This document shows positions 36,813-46,655 of a stretch of DNA of 64,000 bases, one piece after another. The position numbers were made by a program, and so were the translations under genes. Position 1 is the first letter of the stretch. Each line of letters begins with the position of its first letter. The notes under the pieces are model-generated. The model worked only from the letters and a program-made list of their open reading frames with translations. It ran no database searches and was not told the origin of the DNA. The stretch is from Anaeroplasmataceae bacterium (lineage in GTDB: Bacteria > Bacillota_I > Bacilli_A > Acholeplasmatales > Anaeroplasmataceae): the NCBI GenBank assembly GCA_020025015.1, contig JAHHSV010000002.1, positions 577 through 64,576 on the forward strand. The letters run 5' to 3'.

Positions 36813-39362
36813 CTAGCACTTATCCTTTAGCTCATAAAGAATTGTTAAAGCCTCTTTTGGTGATATCTCATCAATATCTAAATCTCTTAAATACTTAATA
36901 ACCTCAGGCTCATCCTTCTGCTTTTTCTTTTCCTCTTCATCATATAAATCAAAATCAAATAAGCTTAGCATCATACCCTTTTGCTTATTATTGCCCTCAA
37001 GATTTGCTAAAATTTCCTTACTACGAGCAATTAAAGACTTAGGCATTCCCGCTAATTCAGCAACGTTTATACCATAGCTCTTATCCGTTGGTCCATCCTT
37101 AACCTTATGTAGGAATGATAATCCATCATTAGATTCAACTGCCTCAACGTGAACATTCTTTAAATGCTTAAGGGTTCCCTCAAGGCTTGTTAATTCATGA
37201 TAATGGGTTGAAAATAAAGTAATAGCTCCAACCTTTTGATGGACATATTCAATAATAGCCTCGGCTAAAGCCATACCATCATAGGTAGCTGTACCACGCC
37301 CTAATTCATCAAATAAAATTAAAGAATCCTTAGTTGCATTCTTAATCGCATAATTTGCCTCACTCATCTCAACCATAAAGGTAGACTGACCACTGCTTAA
37401 ATCATCAGTTGCTCCAATACGCGTAAATATTTGATCAAAAATCTTTAAATTACAAATGCGAGCAGGAACAAATGAACCCATTTGAGCCATAATTATGATT
37501 GTCGCAAACATACGCATATAGGTTGATTTACCACTCATATTAGGTCCTGTAATTAAAATTAAATTAAATTCATTAATATAAATATCATTAGGAACATAAT
37601 TTTCCTTAAGAATGCTTTCTAAAACCGGATGACGACCATCAACAATCTCGATTGAACCAGGATTAAAGGTAGGCCTAACTAAATTATTATTTAAAGCCAC
37701 ATTAGCCAAGCTAATATAGCAATCAATTGAAGAAATAATATTAGCTAAATTTTGTAAGGAAGGAATAAAACCAGTAATATAATCTCTAATTTGAATAAAT
37801 AATTCATATTCAATACGCTCAATTTTATCCTTAGCACCTAATAAAATATCCTCATATTTTTTCAATTCTGGAGAAATATAACGCTCACTATTGGCAAGTG
37901 TTTGTCTTCTTTGGTAGCCCTCAATATCACCTAAATTAAAGCTTTGGCCCTTACTAATTTCAATATAATAGCCAAATACCCTATTATAGCCAACCTTTAG
38001 GTTCTTAACCCCAAGCCTTTCCTTTTCCTTAGCCTCATATTCTAAAAGCCAAGCCTTGCTGTTTTTATTGATATCAGTAACCTCATCAAGCTCCTTATTG
38101 TAGCCATATTTAATCATGCCACCTTCCTTGATAGTAAAAGGTGGATTTTCTTCTAACGCTTCCTCTAATAAATTATAGATATTTTCATGGCTATCAATTT
38201 CATTACTAACTTTAGTAAAGCTTGGAAGCTCAAAATCTAATAATAGGCTTTTAATATTAGGAACAGCCTTTAAGGTCTTTCTTAGCTGAACTAAATCCTT
38301 AGCATTAGCGTTTTGGCAAGAAATTCTTCCGATTATACGCTCTAGGTCGTATACCTCCTTTAAGGAATCCTTTATTTCCTCACGCTTAATATAATTACCC
38401 ATAAAGCCTTCAATAAAGTCTTCACGCTCAGTAATTTTACTTAAGCTAACTAAAGGTCTATCTAACCATTTACGAAGCATTCTACTACCCATTGTGGTTT
38501 GAGTATGATCTAAATAGCTAAATAAACTACCATTTTTTTGATTTAAACGTAAGGTTTCAGTTAATTCAAGATTCTTCTTAGTAAAATAATCTAATCTTAA
38601 ATAATCCTTTTCGGTATAAAATTCAAAGGGCTTAAAATGATGAAGCTCCTGTTTTTGCGTATCAATAGCATAATTTAATAATAGCGCAATTGCCTTATGA
38701 TAATTTTTATCAATATCAATAACCAAATTTAATAAATAATCTGGCATTACATCATTATCGTAAACACTAACTAAAAATCCTGAGCTTGCTAAATCATTTT
38801 TATATTTAGAAATAAAATCACCATTAACAATGACCTCTTTTACCCTTAAGCCTCTTAGCTCCTCAACAACATGCTCAATACTTGAAATAGTTGTTAAATA
38901 GCCCTCACCTGTTGAAACATCAGCATAGGCTAATATAAAGGTTTTACGAATTAATATTAAGCTTGCTAAATAATTATTCGCCTTAGCATCTAAAAAATCC
39001 GCAATAACCGTACCTGGAGTTAAAATCTTTACAACATCTCTTTTAACAATACCCTTAGCTAAGCTTGGGTCCTCAACCTGCTCAACTATTACAACCTTAT
39101 GACCATTATCTAAAAGCTTTTCCGCATAGGTGCTATAGGCATGATGAGGGACACCACACATTGGGACCCTCTCCTTAACACCTGCATCCTTACCAGTTAA
39201 TGCTATTTCAAGCTCTCTTGAAGCAAGAATCGCATCATCAAAGAACATTTCATAAAAGTCACCTAACCTAAAAAAGACTATAGAGTCCTTATAGTCTTTT
39301 TTAATATCAAGATATTGTTGAATCATTGGTGTGTAAGATTCTTTTTCTAGGATTTCCATCAA
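36813..39362 (-). CDS. mutS: DNA mismatch repair protein MutS
   Basis: TPMIQQYLDIK N-terminus, GDFYEMFFDDA, Walker A ITGPNMSGKSTYMR, and STHYHEL. Confidence 0.95.
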   Translation of the reverse strand: MMEILEKESYTPMIQQYLDIKKDYKDSIVFFRLGDFYEMFFDDAILASRELEIALTGKDAGVKERVPMCGVPHHAYSTYAEKLLDNGHKVVIVEQVEDPSLAKGIVKRDVVKILTPGTVIADFLDAKANNYLASLILIRKTFILAYADVSTGEGYLTTISSIEHVVEELRGLRVKEVIVNGDFISKYKNDLASSGFLVSVYDNDVMPDYLLNLVIDIDKNYHKAIALLLNYAIDTQKQELHHFKPFEFYTEKDYLRLDYFTKKNLELTETLRLNQKNGSLFSYLDHTQTTMGSRMLRKWLDRPLVSLSKITEREDFIEGFMGNYIKREEIKDSLKEVYDLERIIGRISCQNANAKDLVQLRKTLKAVPNIKSLLLDFELPSFTKVSNEIDSHENIYNLLEEALEENPPFTIKEGGMIKYGYNKELDEVTDINKNSKAWLLEYEAKEKERLGVKNLKVGYNRVFGYYIEISKGQSFNLGDIEGYQRRQTLANSERYISPELKKYEDILLGAKDKIERIEYELFIQIRDYITGFIPSLQNLANIISSIDCYISLANVALNNNLVRPTFNPGSIEIVDGRHPVLESILKENYVPNDIYINEFNLILITGPNMSGKSTYMRMFATIIIMAQMGSFVPARICNLKIFDQIFTRIGATDDLSSGQSTFMVEMSEANYAIKNATKDSLILFDELGRGTATYDGMALAEAIIEYVHQKVGAITLFSTHYHELTSLEGTLKHLKNVHVEAVESNDGLSFLHKVKDGPTDKSYGINVAELAGMPKSLIARSKEILANLEGNNKQKGMMLSLFDFDLYDEEEKKKQKDEPEVIKYLRDLDIDEISPKEALTILYELKDKC

Positions 39363-39387
39363 AAATCAACCCTTTTCTATCTTTAAA

Positions 39388-41448
39388 TTATTGGCCACTG
39401 CCAAACATATTTTTAAAGGCTTCAACTGGCCCATCAAATAACCAGTTCATACCTATACTATTAAACCAATCCCTAATACCTAAGGCTTGATCGAAGCTAA
39501 ATAATAACGCAAATACTAACCAAACTATTGCAAGAAGAATGATTATTAGGAATATAGTCTTAAAGATTGTACCAACCTTAGACATACGATCACGATGCTT
39601 TTCACGCTTATTACGCTTTTGCATCTCATCAAATTCCTTAACACGCATATAGTTGTTAAATTCATCCTTATCTACATCATAAATTTTGCCGGATTTTAGT
39701 TTTTCTTCCATCATTCTTTGACGCTTTGCGGCCTCCTTGGCTGCTTTCTTGCTAGTCTTTCTTAGCTTTTTGTTATCTACCTTAGCTTGCTTTTCTAAAA
39801 GCTTTTCTTGTAGCCTTGTTTCCTTTTCAAGCTTAGCATTCTTCTCTTTTTCTAGCTTAGCCTCATGCTTGCTTTGAAGCTTTTCTTCCTTTTTCTCAAG
39901 TTTAGTTGGAGTAGCTTTACCAATCACTAAATCAGCATTAGAATCGCCAAGAAGCTTAGCGGCTGTAACACTATCGTAATATGGGTTAACCTGATCAGTA
40001 AAGTTATCAAACGGATAGAAATTATCCTTAGGTAATTCTTCCTTAGCTTCCGCTAAAGCAAGCTCTTCTATCGCTGCAGTAGGCTTATCCTCTTCAGCAT
40101 TAGGTAAATCCTTAGCCTCAGGTAGCACTCTAACCTCATCAATAATTCTACTAGAATTTTGGTTATAGGTTTTAACTAAGCTATCAATTGAATCAACAAT
40201 AGCCTTAGTATCTACCTGATTTAAAACTGTAACCTGTGGAGCTTCAGAGCTTGGAAGGCTAACCTTAATTTCACGCTCATTACTCTTTTTGATCTCAGAA
40301 ATTAATTCACGTAATAAACCCTTAGCCTCATCATCAAATAAAGGAACTAAAGCATTAGGTAAAGCCTTACTATTTGATTCCTTTACCTCTTCGATTAAGC
40401 TCTTTAATAAATCATTAGTTTCCCTATTGTCTATTGTTACATCGCGAACCTCTCTTGGAGTCTCTCGCACATAGCTTGCATCATTAATAATCTTTTTTAA
40501 TATTGCCGTTGATTCCTTTAAAGAATCATACTCTTTAGCTGGAGCATCTTCAACCGAATCAGTATTATAGCTCTTATTATCCTCAGTTGTATCAACATAA
40601 GCCAAATCAAAAACAAAGTCGCTTTCTAAACCAACAAGGTTAACCTTCTTCATTGGCTTAATTGGATATTTTTGCGCATCATCAAGTAGGTAATTAATTA
40701 CATCTTCCTTCTTTAAATCCGCTGAAATTCTAATACCATTATTTTTTGCTAAACGCTGTAAGGTCATTATGGGCATTTTAGCTAATCTTTCCTTTAATTC
40801 AGCATCAAGCTTACCTTGCTTTTTAAGCTCATTAGAAACATAAGCTTCAATTTCATTTCTTCTTAAGCGCTTAGGAATTTCAATACCATACTTGCTTCCT
40901 AATTCACGAAGCTCTTGGGTTGTTGCAGAATTAGGTAAGGCTTCTCTTAGCTCATCAATTTGAACGCCATCAAAAAAGCCCCTAAAATCACGACTAACCC
41001 TAAAAAGCTCTTTTTCAAATTCAGCAAAATTATTTTCTTTATCATCTAAAATTAATAGCTGAATCAAAACATCATCTGACATACCAAGTAAACCAGCATT
41101 ATTGATGATTTTGTCATAAAAGGCTAATAAATATTTACATAGATCATCTTTATTATTACAAATCTCTAAGAATAAATTTTGTAATTGAAATTCACTAAAA
41201 TGCTCATACTCACGTAAACGATAAAGCATTTCATCAGATAAATCTAAGACCTTAGCCTTTGGTATTCTTAAGTTTAAAATATCTCTTAATGCACTAACAT
41301 TTAAAACACGAGGAATAAAAATATTGTTTTTTTCTAATACACTAGCAATTTCACTTGCTCCCTTATTAATTAGTTTATCAAGCACAAACCTATACTCAAA
41401 ATTTTTATCCTGTATAACTAGTGCAGTTCCGTCATTAATAAATTCCAT
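39388..41448 (-). CDS. Hypothetical tail-anchored membrane protein with HeH/Rho-N-like motifs and a Lys/Glu-rich coiled coil
   Basis: 686 aa. Motifs TTQELRELGSKYGIEIPKRLRRNEIEAYV and MTLQRLAKNNGIRISADLKKEDVINYLL. Coiled coil KLEKKEEKLQSKHEAKLEKEKNAKLEKETRLQEKLLEKQAK. Single C-terminal TM helix IFKTIFLIIILLAIVWLVFALLF. Strong RBS GGGGGA. I recognise no family. Confidence 0.55.
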   Translation of the reverse strand: MEFINDGTALVIQDKNFEYRFVLDKLINKGASEIASVLEKNNIFIPRVLNVSALRDILNLRIPKAKVLDLSDEMLYRLREYEHFSEFQLQNLFLEICNNKDDLCKYLLAFYDKIINNAGLLGMSDDVLIQLLILDDKENNFAEFEKELFRVSRDFRGFFDGVQIDELREALPNSATTQELRELGSKYGIEIPKRLRRNEIEAYVSNELKKQGKLDAELKERLAKMPIMTLQRLAKNNGIRISADLKKEDVINYLLDDAQKYPIKPMKKVNLVGLESDFVFDLAYVDTTEDNKSYNTDSVEDAPAKEYDSLKESTAILKKIINDASYVRETPREVRDVTIDNRETNDLLKSLIEEVKESNSKALPNALVPLFDDEAKGLLRELISEIKKSNEREIKVSLPSSEAPQVTVLNQVDTKAIVDSIDSLVKTYNQNSSRIIDEVRVLPEAKDLPNAEEDKPTAAIEELALAEAKEELPKDNFYPFDNFTDQVNPYYDSVTAAKLLGDSNADLVIGKATPTKLEKKEEKLQSKHEAKLEKEKNAKLEKETRLQEKLLEKQAKVDNKKLRKTSKKAAKEAAKRQRMMEEKLKSGKIYDVDKDEFNNYMRVKEFDEMQKRNKREKHRDRMSKVGTIFKTIFLIIILLAIVWLVFALLFSFDQALGIRDWFNSIGMNWLFDGPVEAFKNMFGSGQ

Positions 41449-41536
41449 AAAATATCCCCCTTGTCTTTAATGTAATCTATATTAATAATAATTCAAAATT
41501 CCCAAAATCACAAGCAAAAGCCCATTAAAAGCCTAA

Positions 41537-41860
41537 TTAAAGCTTAAAATCTTTGGCAAAGCTCTTCTCAATTTCCTTAGTAACAATTTTTAAATCCGCA
41601 TAGATTTCTTCTAGCAATTCAAAATACTCTGAAACAAATGGCATTTCTAGCATGCCTTCTTTAATTTTGTCATAATTTTTTTGTAAATTGCTAACTAAAA
41701 TTATATCATTTTTAACCTTGGCCTTAACTAACTGCTTTTGGACCTTTTTAAGCTCAGTATAAGCTAAATCAAGCTCCTTATTTCTCTTAAAATAGGCTCT
41801 TAATTCCTCTAATCTCTTAAATTCCTCGCTATTTTTAAAAACAGCAACTAAATTATTCAC
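41537..41860 (-). CDS. YlbF/YmcA (RicA/RicF) family protein
   Basis: 107 aa, helical. The pattern F.....e.....L...QK........ then EMPFVSEYFELLEEIYADLKIV resembles Com_YlbF. It sits directly downstream of miaB (8-nt overlap), as ymcA does in Bacillus. Confidence 0.6.
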   Translation of the reverse strand: MNNLVAVFKNSEEFKRLEELRAYFKRNKELDLAYTELKKVQKQLVKAKVKNDIILVSNLQKNYDKIKEGMLEMPFVSEYFELLEEIYADLKIVTKEIEKSFAKDFKL

Positions 41861-43295
41861 TAACTAATTCTCCCATTTGGAACCAAGTCTTAGCCTCAGT
41901 AATCTTAACCTCAACAATAGTACCAATTAAAGCTAAATTATGGCTAGGGAAGTGAACTAGCTTTAAATGCTCAGAATAGCCACAAAGGTTATCTGGATTA
42001 TTCTTACTAACGCTATCAACTAAAACCTTAACAGTTTCACCAACAAAGCGTTCATTACCCTTACGGTAGAAATAGTCTACTCTTTCATTTAAACGCTCTA
42101 AGCGTTCCTTCTTTTCCTCAAATGGTACACTATCTTCCATTCTAGCAGCTGGTGTACCCTCACGAGGTGAATAAATGAAGGTATAGGCACCCTCAAATTC
42201 AACCGCATTAACTAAATCTAAGGTGTGCTTAAATTGCTCTTCTGTTTCATTTGGGAAGCCAACAATAATATCAGTTGTTAAGCTAATGCCAGGTACCATT
42301 TCCTTTAAACGCTTAACCTTAGCTAAATACTCCTCAACTGTATATTTACGATTCATTTTCTTTAAAACCTCATTATCACCAGATTGAACTGGTAAATGAA
42401 GCTGAGGCATTACATGCTTACAATCATGCATTGCTTGAATAGTCTTTTCATCTAAATCCTTAGGATGGCTGGTTGTATAACGAATACGTTCAATACCAGT
42501 TTTATCTAAGTCATATAATAAATCACCAAAGGTATAGCCATCATGCTTATCATTACCATATGAATTAACATTTTGACCAAGTAAGGTAACCTCCTTATAG
42601 CCCTTAGCTACTAGATCCTCAACCTCTTTAATGATCTCATCCTTATCACGGCTTCTTTCCTTACCTCTTGTATAAGGTACGATACAATAAGTACAGAATT
42701 CATCACAGCCAAACATAATATTAACCCAAGCCTTATGCTTAGATTCACGATGCTTAGGAGCATCCTCTAAAATATTACCCTGTGTTGATAAAACCTCAAT
42801 TACCTTAGATTGCTTTTGATACATTTCAAAAAGCAAGCGTGGTAATGATTGAATGTTATGCGTACCAAAAATTAAATCAACAAATGGATAAGATGTAAGT
42901 AATTTTTCCGTAGCATTTTCCTCTTGAGGCATACAGCCACAAATACCAATTCTTAATTCAGGATTGTCACGCTTTACACCCTTAAGGTTACCTAAAACAC
43001 CCCAAATTCTATTTTCGGCATTTTCTCTAATTGCACAGGTATTTAAAATTACTAAATCAGCCTTATATGGATCAACTGATCTCTTATAGCCAACACCCTC
43101 TAAAATACCACTAATTACCTCTGAATCAGCCTCATTACCCTGACAGCCATAGGTAAATACATAATATGTTTTATTTTCACCAACATGGCTAAATTTACCA
43201 TCTAAATGATAGCTAATTACCTCTGTTGATTCAAATTTACGACTACGAGCATCCTTTAAAGAAGGCATAGAAAGTTTCATTTTTTTCTTACTCAT
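41853..43295 (-). CDS. miaB: tRNA-i6A37 methylthiotransferase MiaB (radical SAM)
   Basis: N-terminal UPF0004 cysteines (YGCQGN, NTCAIRE), radical-SAM motif GCDEFCTYCIVP, and a C-terminal TRAM domain. Confidence 0.9.
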   Translation of the reverse strand: MSKKKMKLSMPSLKDARSRKFESTEVISYHLDGKFSHVGENKTYYVFTYGCQGNEADSEVISGILEGVGYKRSVDPYKADLVILNTCAIRENAENRIWGVLGNLKGVKRDNPELRIGICGCMPQEENATEKLLTSYPFVDLIFGTHNIQSLPRLLFEMYQKQSKVIEVLSTQGNILEDAPKHRESKHKAWVNIMFGCDEFCTYCIVPYTRGKERSRDKDEIIKEVEDLVAKGYKEVTLLGQNVNSYGNDKHDGYTFGDLLYDLDKTGIERIRYTTSHPKDLDEKTIQAMHDCKHVMPQLHLPVQSGDNEVLKKMNRKYTVEEYLAKVKRLKEMVPGISLTTDIIVGFPNETEEQFKHTLDLVNAVEFEGAYTFIYSPREGTPAARMEDSVPFEEKKERLERLNERVDYFYRKGNERFVGETVKVLVDSVSKNNPDNLCGYSEHLKLVHFPSHNLALIGTIVEVKITEAKTWFQMGELVSE

Positions 43296-43297
43296 TT

Positions 43298-44062
43298 TTA
43301 TTTCTCCTTATTAAACTCTTTATGGAATCTTTCAATTTTGTTAGTACCAGTATCAATAATTACCCCGTTAAGCATAATACCACCTGTAGCAACCCTACAA
43401 GGCTTATAAATACCAGTTATAAATCTTTCAATTATTGGGCTAACCTCTTCACCCAATACAGAATTAATTGGACCACACATACCAAGATCACTAATCGCTA
43501 GTGTCTTATTAGGTAAGCGTCTTTCATCCGCTGTTTGAACATGGGTGTGAGTTCCTACTATTGCCGTAACCCTACCATCTAAGTAATTAGCTAAGGCAAT
43601 CTTTTCACTTGTTGCTTCGGCATGAAAATCAACAATGTAGTAATCACTTTTAATCTCTTCTAAAAGCTTATCCATTGTTCTAAACGGACAATCAGCTGAG
43701 TTATTCATAAAAGCTCTACCTATTAAGTTAATTATAGTAATATTCTTATCATTAAACTTAATAGTCATATAGCCCTTGCCTGGAGCCTTATATAAATTGG
43801 CTGGTCTTATAATATTTGCTTCATCAATAAAATCATAAATTTGAAATTTAGAATAGGTATGATTTCCCATTGTTAAAGCGCTAAAGCCTGCCTTCATTAG
43901 CTTCTTATAGTAATCATAGGTTAAGCCCCTACCACCACTAACATTTTCCGCATTAGCAAAAGCAATATGGATTTTATTTTCTTGTTTAATTTTTTCAAGA
44001 TTAGCAGCTAGGATATCCGCTGCCTCCTCACCAACAATATCACCTAAGTATAGTATTCTCAT
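43298..44062 (-). CDS. ymdB: YmdB-family metallophosphoesterase (2',3'-cyclic-nucleotide phosphodiesterase)
   Basis: MRILYLGDIVG N-terminus (ATG 44062 preferred to TTG 44083), plus GNHT and GTHTHVQTADE motifs. It lies downstream of rny as in Bacillus. Confidence 0.85.
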   Translation of the reverse strand: MRILYLGDIVGEEAADILAANLEKIKQENKIHIAFANAENVSGGRGLTYDYYKKLMKAGFSALTMGNHTYSKFQIYDFIDEANIIRPANLYKAPGKGYMTIKFNDKNITIINLIGRAFMNNSADCPFRTMDKLLEEIKSDYYIVDFHAEATSEKIALANYLDGRVTAIVGTHTHVQTADERRLPNKTLAISDLGMCGPINSVLGEEVSPIIERFITGIYKPCRVATGGIMLNGVIIDTGTNKIERFHKEFNKEK

Positions 44063-44129
44063 ATTTTCTCTTTCTAAAAACAAATAAAGCTAGTCTTCCC
44101 TTAGAAATCCTAGCTTTTTATTTGTTTAA

Positions 44130-45704
44130 TTATTTAGCTACATCAACAGCTCTAGTTTCTCTAATAACTGTAACCTTAATAGTACCAGGATAAGATAACT
44201 TATTTTCAATTTCTTCCTTAATTTGTCTAGCAACTGTAATTGCTTGTAAATCATCGATAGCCTCTGGATTTACAATAACACGTACTTCTCTACCAGCTTG
44301 AACAGCAAATGATGAAGCAACGCCTGGAATACTGTTAGAAATTTGTTCTAAGTTTTCTAAACGCTTTGTATAATTCTCTAAAGAATCACTACGTGCACCT
44401 GGTCTAGCAGATGATAATGCATCCGCAGCTGCAGCTAATACTGCAATGATTGAATGTGGAGCAACATCCTCATGATGTGAGGCAATTGCATCAATAACCT
44501 CTTTTGGCTCATGATATTTAGTTGCTAACTCAACACCAATATCAACATGAGAACCCTCAACCTCATGGTCACAAGCTTTACCAATATCATGTAATAAACC
44601 AGCACGGCGAGCAAGAATTTCATTCTCACCAATTTCGGCAGCTAGCTTACCAGCAATCATAGCTGTCTCAATACTATGTTGTAAAACATTTTGACCAAAA
44701 CTAGTACGATAATGTAAACGACCTAATAATCTTACTAAATCCGGATGAATTTTACCAATACCTGTTTTGAAAACGGCCTCTTCACCTTTTTCACGAATAT
44801 CCATTTCAACTTCATTACGGCATCTTTCAACAACCTCTTCAATTCTAGTTGGATGAATACGACCATCACTTACTAAAATTTCTAAGGCCTTCTTAGCAAC
44901 CTCACGTCTAACTGGATCAAAACAGCTTAGAACTACTGCTTCTGGTGTATCATCAATAATTAAATCAACACCTGTTAAAGATTCGATAGTTCTAATATTT
45001 CTACCTTCACGGCCAATAATACGGCCCTTCATTTCATCAACCGGTAATGAAACTGTACTAACTGTAGTTTCACCAGCTGTTTCGCTTGCATACTTTTGAA
45101 CAGCTAACGCTAAAATATTTTTAGCCTTGGCCTTAACCTCAAGTTTGGCTTTTTCTTCTTCTTCCTTGATATACTGAGCGATTTCAAGCTTCATAGATTC
45201 ATGGACCTCATCCATAATAATCTTTTTAGCATCCTCATGTGAAATCCCAGCAATTTCTTCTAGTTTTTCCTCTTGTTGTCTTAAAACTTCTTCAATTTGA
45301 CTACTACGTTCTTCTAATTCAATTTTCTTATCATCGATTCGTGCTTCCTTATCGTTAAGATTTTCTTCACGACGATCTAGATTGACACTACGTCTATCTA
45401 GTGAATCCTCACGAATGTTAAGTTTGTTCTCTAAATCAGAAACAACACGACGACGTTCTTTTAAATCATTTTCTGCGTCATTTCTAAATTTTTTTACATC
45501 TGCCTTACCCTCAGCAACAGCATCCTTTTTTAATTTATCTGCTTCTGTATGGGCATCAGTAATAATTTTTTCAGCTTCTTGCTTTGCACGATTAAAGTTT
45601 TTCTCGTGTATAAAAACTCGTATAACATAACCGCCAAGTAAACCAACTAATAAAAAAACGAATATTAAGGATAGAAGTAAACCAAGTGTTATTTCATAAA
45701 ACAT
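44130..45704 (-). CDS. rny: Ribonuclease Y
   Basis: N-terminal TM helix, coiled coil, KH domain [12 protein letters not shown] and HD domain [18 protein letters not shown]. Confidence 0.95.
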   Translation of the reverse strand: MFYEITLGLLLSLIFVFLLVGLLGGYVIRVFIHEKNFNRAKQEAEKIITDAHTEADKLKKDAVAEGKADVKKFRNDAENDLKERRRVVSDLENKLNIREDSLDRRSVNLDRREENLNDKEARIDDKKIELEERSSQIEEVLRQQEEKLEEIAGISHEDAKKIIMDEVHESMKLEIAQYIKEEEEKAKLEVKAKAKNILALAVQKYASETAGETTVSTVSLPVDEMKGRIIGREGRNIRTIESLTGVDLIIDDTPEAVVLSCFDPVRREVAKKALEILVSDGRIHPTRIEEVVERCRNEVEMDIREKGEEAVFKTGIGKIHPDLVRLLGRLHYRTSFGQNVLQHSIETAMIAGKLAAEIGENEILARRAGLLHDIGKACDHEVEGSHVDIGVELATKYHEPKEVIDAIASHHEDVAPHSIIAVLAAAADALSSARPGARSDSLENYTKRLENLEQISNSIPGVASSFAVQAGREVRVIVNPEAIDDLQAITVARQIKEEIENKLSYPGTIKVTVIRETRAVDVAK

Positions 45705-45749
45705 TGTTTGTCCTCCTAAATATTAAATGTTATTACTAACATTAGTTAA

Positions 45750-45778
45750 ATTATACTAGATTGAGGCGTTTTAGTCAA
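45750..45778 (-). promoter_or_regulatory. Sigma-A promoter of rny
   Basis: Minus strand: TTGACT (45778-45773), 17 nt, TATAAT (45755-45750), about 45 nt upstream of the rny ATG. Confidence 0.65.
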
Positions 45779-45900
45779 TAAAAAGCCCACTTAAGCCAAA
45801 TTTTAAATTTACACATTTGTATAAAATTTAAATTTGATTTTAAAAACTATAAAGCCACTAAAATATTTTTTCATTTAGCTAACACTATTCTAATAATTAC

Positions 45901-45929
45901 TTGCAATAAAATTTAGCTTTAGGTATAAT
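45901..45929 (+). promoter_or_regulatory. Sigma-A promoter of the 203-aa orphan gene
   Basis: TTGCAA (45901-06), 17 nt, TATAAT (45924-29). RBS GAGGAG lies 9 nt before GTG 45953. Confidence 0.65.
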
Positions 45930-45952
45930 ACCTAATTGAGGAGTGATTTACA

Positions 45953-46564
45953 GTGTTTCCAAGAAAATTAGTATTTCTTATTTCTTTTATATCAATATTT
46001 TTATTATGTATTCCTATTTATTATGGCGTAACCTATGCTAATAATAAAGTTAATGTTTTTGAAAAAGAAATTAGTGAAATTACCGCAGAGGGTGAGGGCA
46101 AAAATCCTTATGTCTTAACTAGAATGAATCATAAGAACTTTAAAGACTTTGAAATCGAGTTAAAGGCCGATGAATTTAACCTATCTGGTAATTACGATGC
46201 TAAATTTACAATTGCCATTAAAAATGCAAATGTTAAAGGTGGAAAAATCATTAATGAGGTAAGCTTACAAATTGCTTTAGCAGCTAACTGGATTAAGTTC
46301 TATCAAACTAGTAGCTCACGTACAATTTCGGCTAATGAGCTATATAAAGAAAGCTCAAACAATAATACTCAAACCTTTTACATTAACAACCTACAGCCAT
46401 TAACTGAAAAAACTAATTATTTTATTCCATTTCCAAAGCCAACTGCTTATATTTTAGTAAAATATACTATTAAAGAGGATGATGGAAAATTAAAGAATGT
46501 CGCAGCACTTTTAGATTATAGCTATGGTGACTATGATGTTATAAAGGGTGGCTACGCTGCATAG
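45953..46564 (+). CDS. Hypothetical N-terminally anchored or secreted protein
   Basis: 203 aa. GTG start with a good RBS. TM/signal segment LVFLISFISIFLLCIPIYYGV is followed by a beta-rich Asn/Lys-rich domain. It has its own promoter and terminator. I recognise no family. Confidence 0.55.
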   Translation: MFPRKLVFLISFISIFLLCIPIYYGVTYANNKVNVFEKEISEITAEGEGKNPYVLTRMNHKNFKDFEIELKADEFNLSGNYDAKFTIAIKNANVKGGKIINEVSLQIALAANWIKFYQTSSSRTISANELYKESSNNNTQTFYINNLQPLTEKTNYFIPFPKPTAYILVKYTIKEDDGKLKNVAALLDYSYGDYDVIKGGYAA

Positions 46565-46576
46565 TAAAAATATAAA

Positions 46577-46607
46577 AGAATTTTCACTATTGAAAATTCT
46601 TTTTTTA
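46577..46607 (+). terminator. Terminator of the 203-aa gene
   Basis: AGAATTTTCA (46577-86) pairs with TGAAAATTCT (46591-600), a perfect 10-bp stem with a 4-nt loop, followed by T6. Confidence 0.8.
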
Positions 46608-46611
46608 TATC

Positions 46612-46650
46612 CAAAAATAAAATCCCTAAGCAAAAACAATACTTAGGGAT
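46612..46650 (-). terminator. Terminator of recA
   Basis: ATCCCTAAG (46622-30) pairs with CTTAGGGAT (46642-50). TTTATTTTT follows on the minus strand. Confidence 0.7.
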
Positions 46651-46655
46651 TATTT

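Noticed and set aside
44086-44117. Hairpin AAAGCTAG-n16-CTAGCTTT between rny and ymdB, as an intra-operon terminator.
   Set aside because: The loop is large (16 nt) and the stem is only 8 bp and A/T-rich. The downstream U-tract is interrupted (ATTTGTTTTT). It may attenuate transcription, but I cannot support calling it a terminator from sequence alone.
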